64,000 bases of DNA, taken from the NCBI RefSeq assembly GCF_988243305.1, contig NZ_OZ547136.1; one strand, given 5' to 3'. Positions 33,663 to 44,989 of this stretch are shown in pieces. The notes below the pieces were generated by a model that saw only the letters and a program-made list of their open reading frames with translations, was not told the origin of the DNA and ran no database searches. A program made the translations under genes and the position numbers. Numbering within the stretch: the stretch's first letter is position 1; every line of letters begins with the position of its first letter.

Positions 33663-34855
33663 TCCTGACGTTTTCCTTTTATTCGTTCGTTATAACGCTG
33701 ATAGTTCTTCGCTTTGGTCGGGCTAAATGATAATGCCCGACACCAGTAATCGTTATTGAGTAAAACTTTGCATATTCGCCGCCAGGAGGGGATATCTTTC
33801 GCGCCAATGTCCCCTTGCTGGGTTTGTGGAACCTCGATGCCTTTTTTCTGATACCAGTGCAAATAAATGGCGATTTTATTGCGATAATGCTCAGCTGTTT
33901 TCTCCGGCATGCTGTTGAGTAGCAATAATGCATACTCCTGCCAGTCTAAATGTTCGGGCTTGAGGATTTTCCGATGACCATAAAAATGGTTGTCATGTCC
34001 GGCGTAAATGCCGCCACTTTTTACCCCGCTGACTCGTGCGCACATAGCAGCCCAGCGATCCGGTTCGATAACGTGATAGAGCCATAATCCTTGCCGTTGT
34101 TCCGGACCAAAAGGTTCGCAAATTCGCATATGACGTAGAGGAACGCCTGCCTGATACATTATATTATACAGTGGGTTACAGAGGCGTTGATGGCTAGCAT
34201 ACCAGGTCCAGATATCAGCGACTTTCCAGTCGTAGATGGGGTAAATGTACCAGCTATGACCGCCTGGTGCGGCAGTGGTCCAGGGCTTATCATCGGCAAA
34301 ACGTTGTTTATTTAAACTGGCGATGGCGACAAAACGGTTGTAGGACTCATCCGCACGGATGCCGATCATCATCGCCGCCGGACGTTTTTGTGAAAACCAT
34401 TCGGCAAACTCACGCACAAATTGTTCGAAGGTCATGCCTGGCTGGTAAAAGGAGAAAAAGTCAGGATCGGTTATCGCATCTTGCGGAGGCTGACGTACCC
34501 ATTCGACATCAGGTTCCCAGCACTGCCATTCGGGTTGGTATTGTGATAGGGAATTTTGCGTTGTAAGCGGGAGCGCAACCCAGTAAAACTCTTCGATGAC
34601 ATCGGTGTACAACTCGCGCAGGGACTGAACATAGTTAATGGTGCAAGAGAACTGAGCTTCCCAGTCGATAAATAAAACACAAATTTTTTTGCCCATTTGT
34701 CGGGCAAGTTCGGCGGTCAGATGCAGCATTAATCCGGAATCTTTACCACCCGAAAAAGAAACGCAGACGCGGGGTAGGGTGTTAAGTGTCCAGGTAATAC
34801 GTTCTTTTGCAGCTTCCAGAATATTCAGTGGAAGCGGGATTTTATAAATAGACAT
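33635..34855 (-). CDS. ybdN: PAPS-reductase-like PP-loop ATP pyrophosphatase family protein
   Basis: 406 aa; PP-loop motif SFSGGKDSGLM near the N-terminus. Confidence 0.8.
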   Translation of the reverse strand: MSIYKIPLPLNILEAAKERITWTLNTLPRVCVSFSGGKDSGLMLHLTAELARQMGKKICVLFIDWEAQFSCTINYVQSLRELYTDVIEEFYWVALPLTTQNSLSQYQPEWQCWEPDVEWVRQPPQDAITDPDFFSFYQPGMTFEQFVREFAEWFSQKRPAAMMIGIRADESYNRFVAIASLNKQRFADDKPWTTAAPGGHSWYIYPIYDWKVADIWTWYASHQRLCNPLYNIMYQAGVPLRHMRICEPFGPEQRQGLWLYHVIEPDRWAAMCARVSGVKSGGIYAGHDNHFYGHRKILKPEHLDWQEYALLLLNSMPEKTAEHYRNKIAIYLHWYQKKGIEVPQTQQGDIGAKDIPSWRRICKVLLNNDYWCRALSFSPTKAKNYQRYNERIKGKRQEWGILCNND

Positions 34856-35001
34856 CTGAAAACGCTCTCTGAACGTTACGGGGTGACTCGTGAGATGAAT
34901 CCGCTAATTATAGGGTAAACGAAGCAAGATAGAGCACATTATTTTATATTCACACAATGAATCAATTGATGCGTAATATAACATTTATCAGTGGTAATAA
35001 A

Positions 35002-35904
35002 TCAGAAGCTATCATTTAAACGATCTATGAATCGTGAGAAGACAAGGTTGTTCAACGAAGCCTTGTTATAGGAAATATAAAGTTTAACCGCAGGAAGTGG
35101 TTGTTCCAGTTTTATCTCTTGTAACTTCAAAAAATCACGATGTAAATCGTACAGTTCGGTGGGCACAATGCCCAATAAGTCAGTAACAGAAATACTATTA
35201 ATTATCGTCAACAAAGAAGAACTGCGAAATGAAACTTTACGGTTCATAAAACGTTCATCTATGTCCATTTGAATTTCGTCAATCCCTGCTGATTTAGATA
35301 TCAACAAGGTGAATTCTTCGGCGATAATTTGTTCATAGTTACTGGTATCGGTAATACGAGGATGTTTGTTGCTACATATAAGAGAATTGCGAATAGTATG
35401 TAACGGCATGCAGATGACAGAGCGGCTAATTACTGGTTGTAGTGTAATTGCCAGGTCAGTTTTGCGTTGAACCAACAGTTCTTCGGCATTTTCAGCTGAA
35501 AGCAGTATGTCATGGCATTCTATATCGATTGAAGTATCTTGTCTAAGACAGCGGATTAGCATGTTGTTATTAGTACAAGAAATAAGCTGAGGACCGTAGA
35601 TAATAAAATTTTTCTTTAGCTCAGACTTATTAACAATATTGATCGTTTGTTCAAGGCCTCTGAGATTTTTCTCAAGATGATGATGCAGATTTAACCCTGT
35701 CGTAGTCGGCGCGATACCTTTCCCTGAGCGAATGAATAACGGGTCATTAAATTGCGCACGTAAACGTTGTAACGACTGACTAACAGCAGAGGGCGTTATA
35801 TATAATGATTCTGCTGCTTTGCTAATGCTGAGGTGTTGATAAATGCACTCAAATATGACCAGTAAATTCAGATCAAATTTTTTTAGGTCATAAAGATTCG
35901 CCAT
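35002..35904 (-). CDS. ybdO: LysR-family transcriptional regulator
   Basis: ORF 35002..35940; start MANLYDLKKFDLNLLVIFE (300 aa); N-terminal HTH; AT-rich gene. Confidence 0.8.
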   Translation of the reverse strand: MANLYDLKKFDLNLLVIFECIYQHLSISKAAESLYITPSAVSQSLQRLRAQFNDPLFIRSGKGIAPTTTGLNLHHHLEKNLRGLEQTINIVNKSELKKNFIIYGPQLISCTNNNMLIRCLRQDTSIDIECHDILLSAENAEELLVQRKTDLAITLQPVISRSVICMPLHTIRNSLICSNKHPRITDTSNYEQIIAEEFTLLISKSAGIDEIQMDIDERFMNRKVSFRSSSLLTIINSISVTDLLGIVPTELYDLHRDFLKLQEIKLEQPLPAVKLYISYNKASLNNLVFSRFIDRLNDSF

Positions 35905-36111
35905 AACATACTCCGTTATATTATCTCTTCTATAAATCATTCATTTGTTCAATAATGTTGCTGTTGTATTTATTTGTATTATGTTTTTTTGCTTAACTCA
36001 GAATTAAGTTTTTCTAAAATAGCACAGCCACTTAGGGCAGAGCGAGCAATTCATGCTTTTTTAGGATGGTTGAAAAACAGGGATATATTTCAACCATCCA
36101 TGAATTATCTT

Positions 36112-36858
36112 TTATTTATTCCCCATAATGATATTAAGCGTTTTCTGATCGGGCAACCCCACGGCCTGTTGCAGTGTATTTTCCTTACTCATGTAGTAGA
36201 TAGCTGGTGTGACATTTGCCCCCAGATCGTCCATGAGTTTCTCGTTGTCGCTTAACACTTTCATTTGCTCTGTACTTACGTTTGCAGGCACGTTTAGCTT
36301 AAGCTTGCCACCAGAGGCTTCATATTCTTGCCAGGTTTTTGCGGGATCTTTGGCGGCAAGAATTGCCGCTGCTGTCGCCGGGCTTTCTGGCTTGATAACC
36401 CCAACCAACAATGTTCTTAATTGCACTTTGCCAGAATCTACCCACGGGCGCGCCTGCTGCCAGAACTGTTTACAATATGGGCAGAACGGATCGGCGAAGA
36501 CGTAAACAATGACCGGCGCGTCTTTTTTACCGTCGAGGAGCCAGTGGGATTGTTCCATCCGTTGCCACATTTCGCGTCCGGCTGGTGCGTAAATTTCTTT
36601 TTCGATAAGTGTGTTACTCAGGTTTTCACCTTTCTCGTTGTACATGTAACCAGAGATAGCGTGCTTACCATCTGGAGTCAGGTAGATGGTGACGCCCATA
36701 TCCTGATACTTTCCGAGATAACCTTTCATTCCTCCGGGGGCATCGAACGTTTTGATGATTGTAATGCCCTGTTTTTCAATCGCTTTTACTGGAGCGGGAA
36801 GTTCCTCTGCGAAGGCGATTGCAGGAAGCAGAGCCAGTAAAAGTATCTTTTTTAACAT
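36112..36858 (-). CDS. dsbG: Periplasmic thiol:disulfide isomerase
   Basis: ORF 36112..36918; start [17 protein letters not shown] (signal peptide); thioredoxin-fold active site CPYC. Confidence 0.9.
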   Translation of the reverse strand: MLKKILLLALLPAIAFAEELPAPVKAIEKQGITIIKTFDAPGGMKGYLGKYQDMGVTIYLTPDGKHAISGYMYNEKGENLSNTLIEKEIYAPAGREMWQRMEQSHWLLDGKKDAPVIVYVFADPFCPYCKQFWQQARPWVDSGKVQLRTLLVGVIKPESPATAAAILAAKDPAKTWQEYEASGGKLKLNVPANVSTEQMKVLSDNEKLMDDLGANVTPAIYYMSKENTLQQAVGLPDQKTLNIIMGNK

Positions 36859-37139
36859 TAATTTGTCCTTTTCAGTCAGTGCAAAAGTCGGGTAAAAGGC
36901 ATAACCTATCACTGTCATAGGTAAGAGCTTAGATCAGGTGATTGCCCTTTGTTTATGAGGGTGTTGTAATCCATGTCGTTGTTGCATTTGTAAGGGCAAC
37001 ACCTCAGCCTGCAGGCAGGCGCTGAAGATACCAAAGGGTAGTTCAGATTACACGGTCACCTGGAAAGGGGGCCATTTTACTTTTTATCGCCGCTGGCGGT
37101 GCAAAGTTCACAAAGTTGTCTTACGAAGGTTGTAAGGTA

Positions 37140-37195
37140 AAACTTATCGATTTGATAATGGAAACGCATTAGCCGAATCGGCAAAAATTGGTTAC
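37140..37195. promoter_or_regulatory. Probable OxyR-responsive ahpC promoter region (approximate)
   Basis: Position upstream of ahpC plus the known OxyR control of ahpCF; the motif was not resolved base by base. Confidence 0.3.
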
Positions 37196-37229
37196 CTTAC
37201 ATCTCATCGAAAACACGGAGGAAGTATAG

Positions 37230-37793
37230 ATGTCCTTGATTAACACCAAAATTAAACCTTTTAAAAACCAGGCATTCAAAAACGGCGAATTCATCGAAAT
37301 CACCGAAAAAGATACCGAAGGCCGCTGGAGCGTCTTCTTCTTCTACCCGGCTGACTTTACTTTCGTATGCCCGACCGAACTGGGTGACGTTGCTGACCAC
37401 TACGAAGAACTGCAGAAACTGGGCGTAGACGTATACGCAGTATCTACCGATACTCACTTCACCCACAAAGCATGGCACAGCAGCTCTGAAACCATCGCTA
37501 AAATCAAATATGCGATGATCGGCGACCCGACTGGCGCCCTGACCCGTAACTTCGACAACATGCGTGAAGATGAAGGTCTGGCTGACCGTGCGACCTTCGT
37601 TGTTGACCCGCAGGGTATCATCCAGGCAATCGAAGTTACCGCTGAAGGCATTGGCCGTGACGCGTCTGACCTGCTGCGTAAAATCAAAGCAGCACAGTAC
37701 GTAGCTTCTCACCCAGGTGAAGTTTGCCCGGCTAAATGGAAAGAAGGTGAAGCAACTCTGGCTCCGTCTCTGGACCTGGTTGGTAAAATCTAA
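37230..37793 (+). CDS. ahpC: Alkyl hydroperoxide reductase peroxiredoxin subunit C
   Basis: 187 aa; peroxidatic Cys in FTFVCPTE, resolving Cys in EVCPAKW. Confidence 0.95.
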   Translation: MSLINTKIKPFKNQAFKNGEFIEITEKDTEGRWSVFFFYPADFTFVCPTELGDVADHYEELQKLGVDVYAVSTDTHFTHKAWHSSSETIAKIKYAMIGDPTGALTRNFDNMREDEGLADRATFVVDPQGIIQAIEVTAEGIGRDASDLLRKIKAAQYVASHPGEVCPAKWKEGEATLAPSLDLVGKI

Positions 37794-37814
37794 ATTTCCT
37801 TCGTCTTTCACGCC

Positions 37815-37910
37815 ATAGCGGCGTTGGCGTCGCCCGCTCACCCCGGTCACTTACTTGTGTAAGCTCCCGGGGATTCACAGGCTAGCCGCCTTGCTCTGGC
37901 GTGAAATACT
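37815..37910. repeat. ERIC/IRU-like repetitive palindromic element in the ahpC-ahpF spacer
   Basis: cgctcaccccggtcacttacttgtgtaagctcccggggattcac resembles the ERIC core as I recall it (AAGTAAGTGACTGGGGTGAGCG ... GTAAGCTCCTGGGGATTCAC). Confidence 0.55.
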
Positions 37911-38037
37911 TCGGAAATTCACCTAATTCTTCGGGTGCTGCGGCACCCGATTTTCTTCCCCGCACCATGATGCAAGCTGCATCCAGGTAGCCGCAGAGGC
38001 CGCTTGCATGATGATGTTTAAAGCCCAGGAGATAAAC

Positions 38038-39603
38038 ATGCTCGACACAAATATGAAAACTCAACTCAAGGCTTACCTTGAGAAATTGACCAAGCCTGTT
38101 GAGTTAATTGCCACGCTGGATGACAGCGCTAAATCGGCAGAAATCAAGGAACTGTTGGCTGAAATCGCAGAACTGTCAGACAAAGTCACCTTTAAAGAAG
38201 ATAACAGCTTGCCGGTGCGTAAGCCGTCTTTCCTGATCACTAACCCAGGTTCTAACCAGGGGCCACGTTTTGCAGGTTCCCCGCTGGGCCACGAGTTTAC
38301 CTCGCTGGTACTGGCGTTGTTGTGGACCGGTGGTCATCCGTCGAAAGAAGCGCAGTCTCTGCTGGAGCAGATTCGCCATATTGACGGTGATTTTGAATTC
38401 GAAACCTATTACTCGCTCTCTTGCCACAACTGCCCGGACGTGGTGCAGGCGCTGAACCTGATGAGCGTACTGAACCCGCGCATCAAGCACACTGCAATTG
38501 ACGGCGGCACCTTCCAGAACGAAATCACCGATCGCAACGTGATGGGTGTTCCGGCAGTGTTCGTAAACGGGAAAGAGTTTGGTCAGGGTCGCATGACGTT
38601 GACTGAAATCGTCGCCAAAATTGATACTGGCGCGGAAAAACGTGCGGCAGAAGAGCTGAACAAGCGTGATGCTTATGACGTATTAATCGTCGGTTCCGGC
38701 CCGGCGGGTGCAGCGGCAGCAATTTACTCCGCACGTAAAGGCATCCGTACCGGTCTGATGGGCGAACGTTTTGGTGGTCAGATCCTCGATACCGTTGATA
38801 TCGAAAACTACATTTCTGTACCGAAGACCGAAGGCCAGAAACTGGCAGGTGCGCTGAAAGTTCACGTTGATGAATACGACGTTGATGTGATCGACAGCCA
38901 GAGCGCCAGCAAACTGATCCCGGCAGCGGTTGAAGGTGGCCTGCATCAGATTGAAACAGCTTCTGGCGCGGTACTGAAAGCACGCAGCATTATCGTGGCG
39001 ACCGGTGCAAAATGGCGCAACATGAACGTTCCGGGCGAAGATCAGTATCGCACCAAAGGCGTGACCTACTGCCCGCACTGCGACGGCCCGCTGTTTAAAG
39101 GTAAACGCGTAGCGGTTATCGGCGGCGGTAACTCCGGCGTGGAAGCGGCAATTGACCTGGCGGGTATCGTTGAGCACGTAACGCTGCTGGAATTTGCGCC
39201 AGAAATGAAAGCCGACCAGGTTCTGCAGGACAAACTGCGCAGCCTGAAAAACGTCGACATTATTCTGAATGCGCAAACCACGGAAGTGAAAGGCGACGGC
39301 AGCAAAGTCGTTGGTCTGGAATATCGCGATCGTGTCAGCGGCGATATTCACAACATCGAACTGGCCGGTATTTTCGTGCAGATTGGTCTGCTGCCGAACA
39401 CCAACTGGCTGGAAGGCGCAGTCGAACGTAACCGCATGGGTGAGATTATCATTGATGCGAAATGCGAAACCAACGTGAAAGGCGTGTTCGCAGCGGGTGA
39501 CTGTACAACGGTTCCGTACAAGCAGATCATCATCGCCACTGGCGAAGGTGCCAAAGCCTCTCTGAGTGCTTTTGACTACCTGATTCGCACCAAAACAGCA
39601 TAA
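38038..39603 (+). CDS. ahpF: Alkyl hydroperoxide reductase flavoprotein subunit F
   Basis: ORF 38008..39603; start [13 protein letters not shown] (521 aa); redox CxxC pairs CHNCPD and CPHCDGP; FAD motif GSGPAG. Confidence 0.95.
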
Positions 39604-39632
39604 GAAGAAGTAAGATTCACCTGCAATTGCTT

Positions 39633-39664
39633 AGCCGCCGGGGTCAAACCTGGCGGCTTTTTTA
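39633..39664 (+). terminator. Intrinsic terminator of ahpCF
   Basis: agccgcc...ggcggct hairpin followed by a T run. Confidence 0.7.
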
Positions 39665-39671
39665 TGGCAAT

Positions 39672-39712
39672 AAAAAGCCCCGCCGGGATGGCTCCGGGCA
39701 GGGCGGGATATT
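39672..39712 (-). terminator. Intrinsic terminator of uspG
   Basis: GC-rich hairpin (cccgcc...ggcggg) followed on the minus strand by a T run. Confidence 0.6.
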
Positions 39713-39723
39713 TATTCTGGCAA

Positions 39724-40152
39724 TTAACGCACAACCAGCACCGGCAGATTGGCGTGGCGGATCACGCTCGAGGCGTTAGAACCTAACAGATGGGTCGAAA
39801 TCGATGGGTTGCGAGAACCGATAACTACAACATCAGCCCCCAGTTCTTCTGCCAACTCATTGACTTCATCCCGCACGCTACCAAAACGGACATGTTGCTT
39901 AATGCGGGAAGGATCGATGGTGAAGTGGCTGACCATCGTTTGCAGACGTTCTTCTGCTTCATGTTGCAGATGCTCTTCAAAACGACGCACATCAGCGGCA
40001 AAACGGTGCAGGCTCAGGCTGGCTGACCCCGGTAGTACGTGAAGTAGATGAATAACTCCGTCATCCTGGGCGAGGAATTCAGCGTGGCGAACCGCTTTGT
40101 CGCTCAATTCCATTTCGAAAACATCCACTGGCATGATGATTGTTTTGTACAT
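39724..40152 (-). CDS. uspG: Universal stress protein G
   Basis: ORF 39724..40185; start [11 protein letters not shown] (142 aa); Usp fold. Confidence 0.9.
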   Translation of the reverse strand: MYKTIIMPVDVFEMELSDKAVRHAEFLAQDDGVIHLLHVLPGSASLSLHRFAADVRRFEEHLQHEAEERLQTMVSHFTIDPSRIKQHVRFGSVRDEVNELAEELGADVVVIGSRNPSISTHLLGSNASSVIRHANLPVLVVR

Positions 40153-40275
40153 AAGCATTCTCTCCTTGTTTTTGCATGTATACATAACAGCACATTATTG
40201 GTTATGAATCTATGATTTGCGAGGCTGATTTGATCTGAATTTGCTATTGAGCTGGAAAATAAATAAAACCAGGCG

Positions 40276-40365
40276 CTACCAGCGTTGTTCAAGGTATAGC
40301 ACTGCAGCAACAATAATTGCTGCTATGAATATATAAAATGCAGTGATACCGAGAGCTTCGCTCAT
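40276..40365 (-). CDS. Hypothetical 29-aa hydrophobic small ORF (unverified)
   Basis: Translation MSEALGITAFYIFIAAIIVAAVLYLEQRW; one predicted TM helix; weak RBS; below the 60-aa cutoff of the supplied ORF track. Confidence 0.2.
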   Translation of the reverse strand: MSEALGITAFYIFIAAIIVAAVLYLEQRW

Positions 40366-40507
40366 ATGAGGTTCCGCAGATGAATAACCAGTTCAGATTA
40401 GAATGCTGCGCTTAAGAGCAAAATGATAAATCTGGTTGATATTTGAGCGGAAAGAGGATGCGAGTGCATCCTCTGGGCAAAGCGAGTTATCGCTTGTGCA
40501 GATGGGA

Positions 40508-40918
40508 TTAAAGCAGGTAGTCGCCAGCAGCTTCTGGCTGGTATTCGAGTTCCAGCACTTCAAGGTGGGTTGCAACGCCGCCCGGAAGTTCCCAGTGAAT
40601 GGAATCGCCAACGCGCAGCCCCAGCAGTGCAGCACCTACCGGAGCCATAACGGAAAGCTGAGTATTGCTGTCGGTCATTTTTGCCGGATACACCAGCGTG
40701 CGCACACGCACTTCGCCATCGCTAAGATTGCGGAATTTAACCCGGCTGTTCATTGTCACCACGTCGTGTGGCATCTCTTCTGGCGAACACATTTGGGCGC
40801 GATCCAACTCTGCGTTTAACGCGTCGGCGATTGGCAAACCAGCATAGGCGGGTTGCTCCAGCAGAATATCGATGCGTTCGGCATCCAGGTCGTTAATGAT
40901 GATAGTTGGTCTGGACAT
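40508..40918 (-). CDS. rnk: Regulator of nucleoside diphosphate kinase (GreA/GreB-like)
   Basis: 136 aa, [22 protein letters not shown]... Confidence 0.9.
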
Positions 40919-41147
40919 TTTTACTCCATGTCGTCGGTACTGCGAGTGTCGCAGATAAACATACCCAAAAGAAAACCCTCACCGTCAGGCGGCGAGGGTT
41001 TAACTCACATGATGATACTGACTGTTGCTCACTCTTTGAAGTGATTTGCGTCACATTCAGGGAATTCCTCAATGTAGCGCATTATGTATAAATCTTAATC
41101 GTCATGGTTTATGGAAGACGAATTAGCGTGTTTTGTAAATCAGAGGA

Positions 41148-41954
41148 TTAATAACCTGCTTTATCAATCACAAAGGTTTTGCCACAGTTGCCTGGGTGTG
41201 GTTGTGGCAAGAATGAGTTGGCAGAAAGCGGAGCGTTGATGGCGTCAGCTTTGATCGAGATCTGAATTTCAGTCAAATACGCAGGGTTACCCTGGCACGT
41301 TAGCTTAACTGCTTTCACGTTCTCTTTTCCCCAGCTTTTGGCAAAGGCGGCATCAAAGTCACGGCGGCTCACTGTGTTACCGTAGTTATCCGCAAGGAAT
41401 TTTCCGGCTTCGCTCTCTTTAATTTCTTGATTCAGACGTACCATCGTGCCGAAGTATGCGTCTGGATCAAAACCAAAGCAGGCACCGTGTTTGGCATATT
41501 CGTAGCGTTCCAGGCAGGAACGTCCGCCAGCTCCTGGCATGACTTCACTTAGTTTAGCTGCCGTTTCCAGCGATAACCCGGTTTCCGGCGATGAACACAT
41601 CCGGCTGGCACGTGCTTCTGGCAGATTCGGGATTGGGCGAGTAGCGCAACCGAAGCGCATCCAGCGGCGTTCATCAACACCACGGGCAGCAACCGATTTA
41701 GGCAATCCTGGCCACAGACCATGTACGGTCAGAAAATCAGCTTTGTTGGTCGTTTCGGTTTGCAGGCGACATTCATCTCGTTCGTTACGATTTCGATCGT
41801 GTTGACTCTGGCAAAATCCGGTTTGCCAGGAGAGGGCCAGGACATAGCGATCAAAATCGCCATACTGTTTTGCCTGCAACGCCACGGCGTTGGCAGAAGA
41901 GAAGGGAAGCAGAGAAACCGCGAGCAACGCGGCGTTACGCCAGAATGCTTTCAT
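41148..41954 (-). CDS. rna: Periplasmic ribonuclease I (RNase T2 family)
   Basis: ORF 41148..41972; start MKAFWRNAALLAVSLLPFSSANA (signal peptide); T2 active-site region FLTVHGLWPG. Confidence 0.9.
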   Translation of the reverse strand: MKAFWRNAALLAVSLLPFSSANAVALQAKQYGDFDRYVLALSWQTGFCQSQHDRNRNERDECRLQTETTNKADFLTVHGLWPGLPKSVAARGVDERRWMRFGCATRPIPNLPEARASRMCSSPETGLSLETAAKLSEVMPGAGGRSCLERYEYAKHGACFGFDPDAYFGTMVRLNQEIKESEAGKFLADNYGNTVSRRDFDAAFAKSWGKENVKAVKLTCQGNPAYLTEIQISIKADAINAPLSANSFLPQPHPGNCGKTFVIDKAGY

Positions 41955-42002
41955 AATGGGTGTGGAACTCATACATATACTGAATACTATCTATTAAATC
42001 AT

Positions 42003-42038
42003 AAAAAAGCCCGCCAGGTGGGCTTACCTGGCGGGCGT
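42003..42038 (-). terminator. Intrinsic terminator downstream of citT
   Basis: gcccgccagg / cctggcgggc hairpin followed on the minus strand by a T run. Confidence 0.6.
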
Positions 42039-42067
42039 GATGATTTATTCAGCGTTTGGCGAACGTA

Positions 42068-43531
42068 TTAGTTCCACATGGCGAGAATCGGCCAGCCAAC
42101 CAACAGCAGCATAGAGATGTAAATCACCCCGAAGATTGCACCAAGTCGCCAGTAATCTTTTGATTTCACATAGCCACAGCCGTAAATAATCACCCCAGGA
42201 CCGGTTGCATACGGCGTCAGACAGCCCATGATACCGATAGACAGCACCAGCAGGATACACAGTTGTTCCATTGGTACGCCCGGAATACCTTTACCGACGG
42301 CCAGAATAACCGGCAGCATGGTTGCGGTGTGCGCAGACAGGCTAGCAAACAGGTAGTGTGCAAAGTAGAACACCAGAACCAGTACAATCACCGTTGCGTT
42401 TGGTGAGAATCCTTCCAGGTGCGTACTCATGGTACCGGCGAACCAGTCAATAAAACCAGAACGAGTCAGGCCATTAGCCATCACAACCAGAGTTGCCAGG
42501 TTGACCAGTGTGTTCCATGCGCTGTTATAGCGGGTAATGTCTTTCCACGGCACAACGTGCAGGGCCAGCATTAGCGAAACTGCCAGCAGACCTACCGCAG
42601 TAGCATTAATGACTTCACTGCCAAATACCCACAAACCTAAGCTGAGCAATACAAGACCAATCAGCGTCCACTCTCTGCGTGTCAGCGCACCCATGGTTTT
42701 TAGTTCATCACCCGCCCAGGTTGCCACTTCTTCACTGTGTGTGATTTCCGGTTTGTACAGCACGTAGGAAAGCCACGGCGCAATGATAAGCAAGATAACC
42801 CCAACCGGCAGGAAGCAGAGGAACCACTGCAACCAGCTAATCTGGATACCGGCAATTTTGCTGACGAACTCCAGACCCAGTACGTTTGGTGCCGCACCGG
42901 TGACAAACATGGACGAACTCAGACTGGTACTAATGACCATCATCCACATCAAATAGCCGCCAATACGACGCGCGGACGGATCGTTCGGGAATGATTTAAA
43001 CAGCGGCGGCAGGTTTTTAATGACCGGAAAAACCGTACCCCCGGTACGCGCGGTGTTGGACGGTGTAAACGGTGCCAGCAGAATGTCGATAATGACAATC
43101 GCATAACCCAACGTCAGCGTGCGTTTGCCCATGAATTTCACCAGGAAAAGGGCAATGCGACGACCTAACCCGGAAACTTCATACCCTAATGCAAAAATAA
43201 ATGCGCCAAATACCAGCCATACCGTGGTGCTGGAAAAACCAGCCAGACCCCATTTCAGCGCCTGTTTTTGCGCATTAAACGCTGGGTCAGCTAATTCTTT
43301 GGCATCAAAGAGAAGGTAATTACTGCCAATAACGCAAATAGTAACCGCAATAAAACTGATCGCTGTTGCCGGAATTGGCTCAAGGATCATGCCGACAATC
43401 ATTGCCACAAACACAGCGAAGTAATGCCATGCCTGCGGTGGCATACCGTCGGGGACAGGGATAAGAAACATGACGCCCATCACCACCAGTGGGGCCAATA
43501 GTTTCCATATATTATCTTTTGCTAAAGACAT
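42068..43531 (-). CDS. citT: Citrate:succinate antiporter (DASS family)
   Basis: 487-aa polytopic transporter. Confidence 0.9.
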   Translation of the reverse strand: MSLAKDNIWKLLAPLVVMGVMFLIPVPDGMPPQAWHYFAVFVAMIVGMILEPIPATAISFIAVTICVIGSNYLLFDAKELADPAFNAQKQALKWGLAGFSSTTVWLVFGAFIFALGYEVSGLGRRIALFLVKFMGKRTLTLGYAIVIIDILLAPFTPSNTARTGGTVFPVIKNLPPLFKSFPNDPSARRIGGYLMWMMVISTSLSSSMFVTGAAPNVLGLEFVSKIAGIQISWLQWFLCFLPVGVILLIIAPWLSYVLYKPEITHSEEVATWAGDELKTMGALTRREWTLIGLVLLSLGLWVFGSEVINATAVGLLAVSLMLALHVVPWKDITRYNSAWNTLVNLATLVVMANGLTRSGFIDWFAGTMSTHLEGFSPNATVIVLVLVFYFAHYLFASLSAHTATMLPVILAVGKGIPGVPMEQLCILLVLSIGIMGCLTPYATGPGVIIYGCGYVKSKDYWRLGAIFGVIYISMLLLVGWPILAMWN

Positions 43532-43581
43532 ACGGGTTCTCCGAAAATTAATATTTCCAAATTTATCAAGTGCTTAAATAA

Positions 43582-44986
<1,405 letters not shown>

Positions 44987-44989
44987 GGC

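Noticed and set aside
37197-37850. Long antisense ORFs overlapping well-supported genes, for example 37197..37850 (-) over ahpC, 38683..39351 (-) over ahpF, 45494..46348 (+) over citF, 46524..47297 (+) over citE, 56408..57256 (+) over lipA and 10343..10945 (+) over fepA
   Set aside because: Each lies opposite a gene with recognisable catalytic motifs and has no RBS context; the translations are low-complexity and Arg/Gly-rich, typical of spurious open frames on the antisense strand of GC-rich coding sequence.
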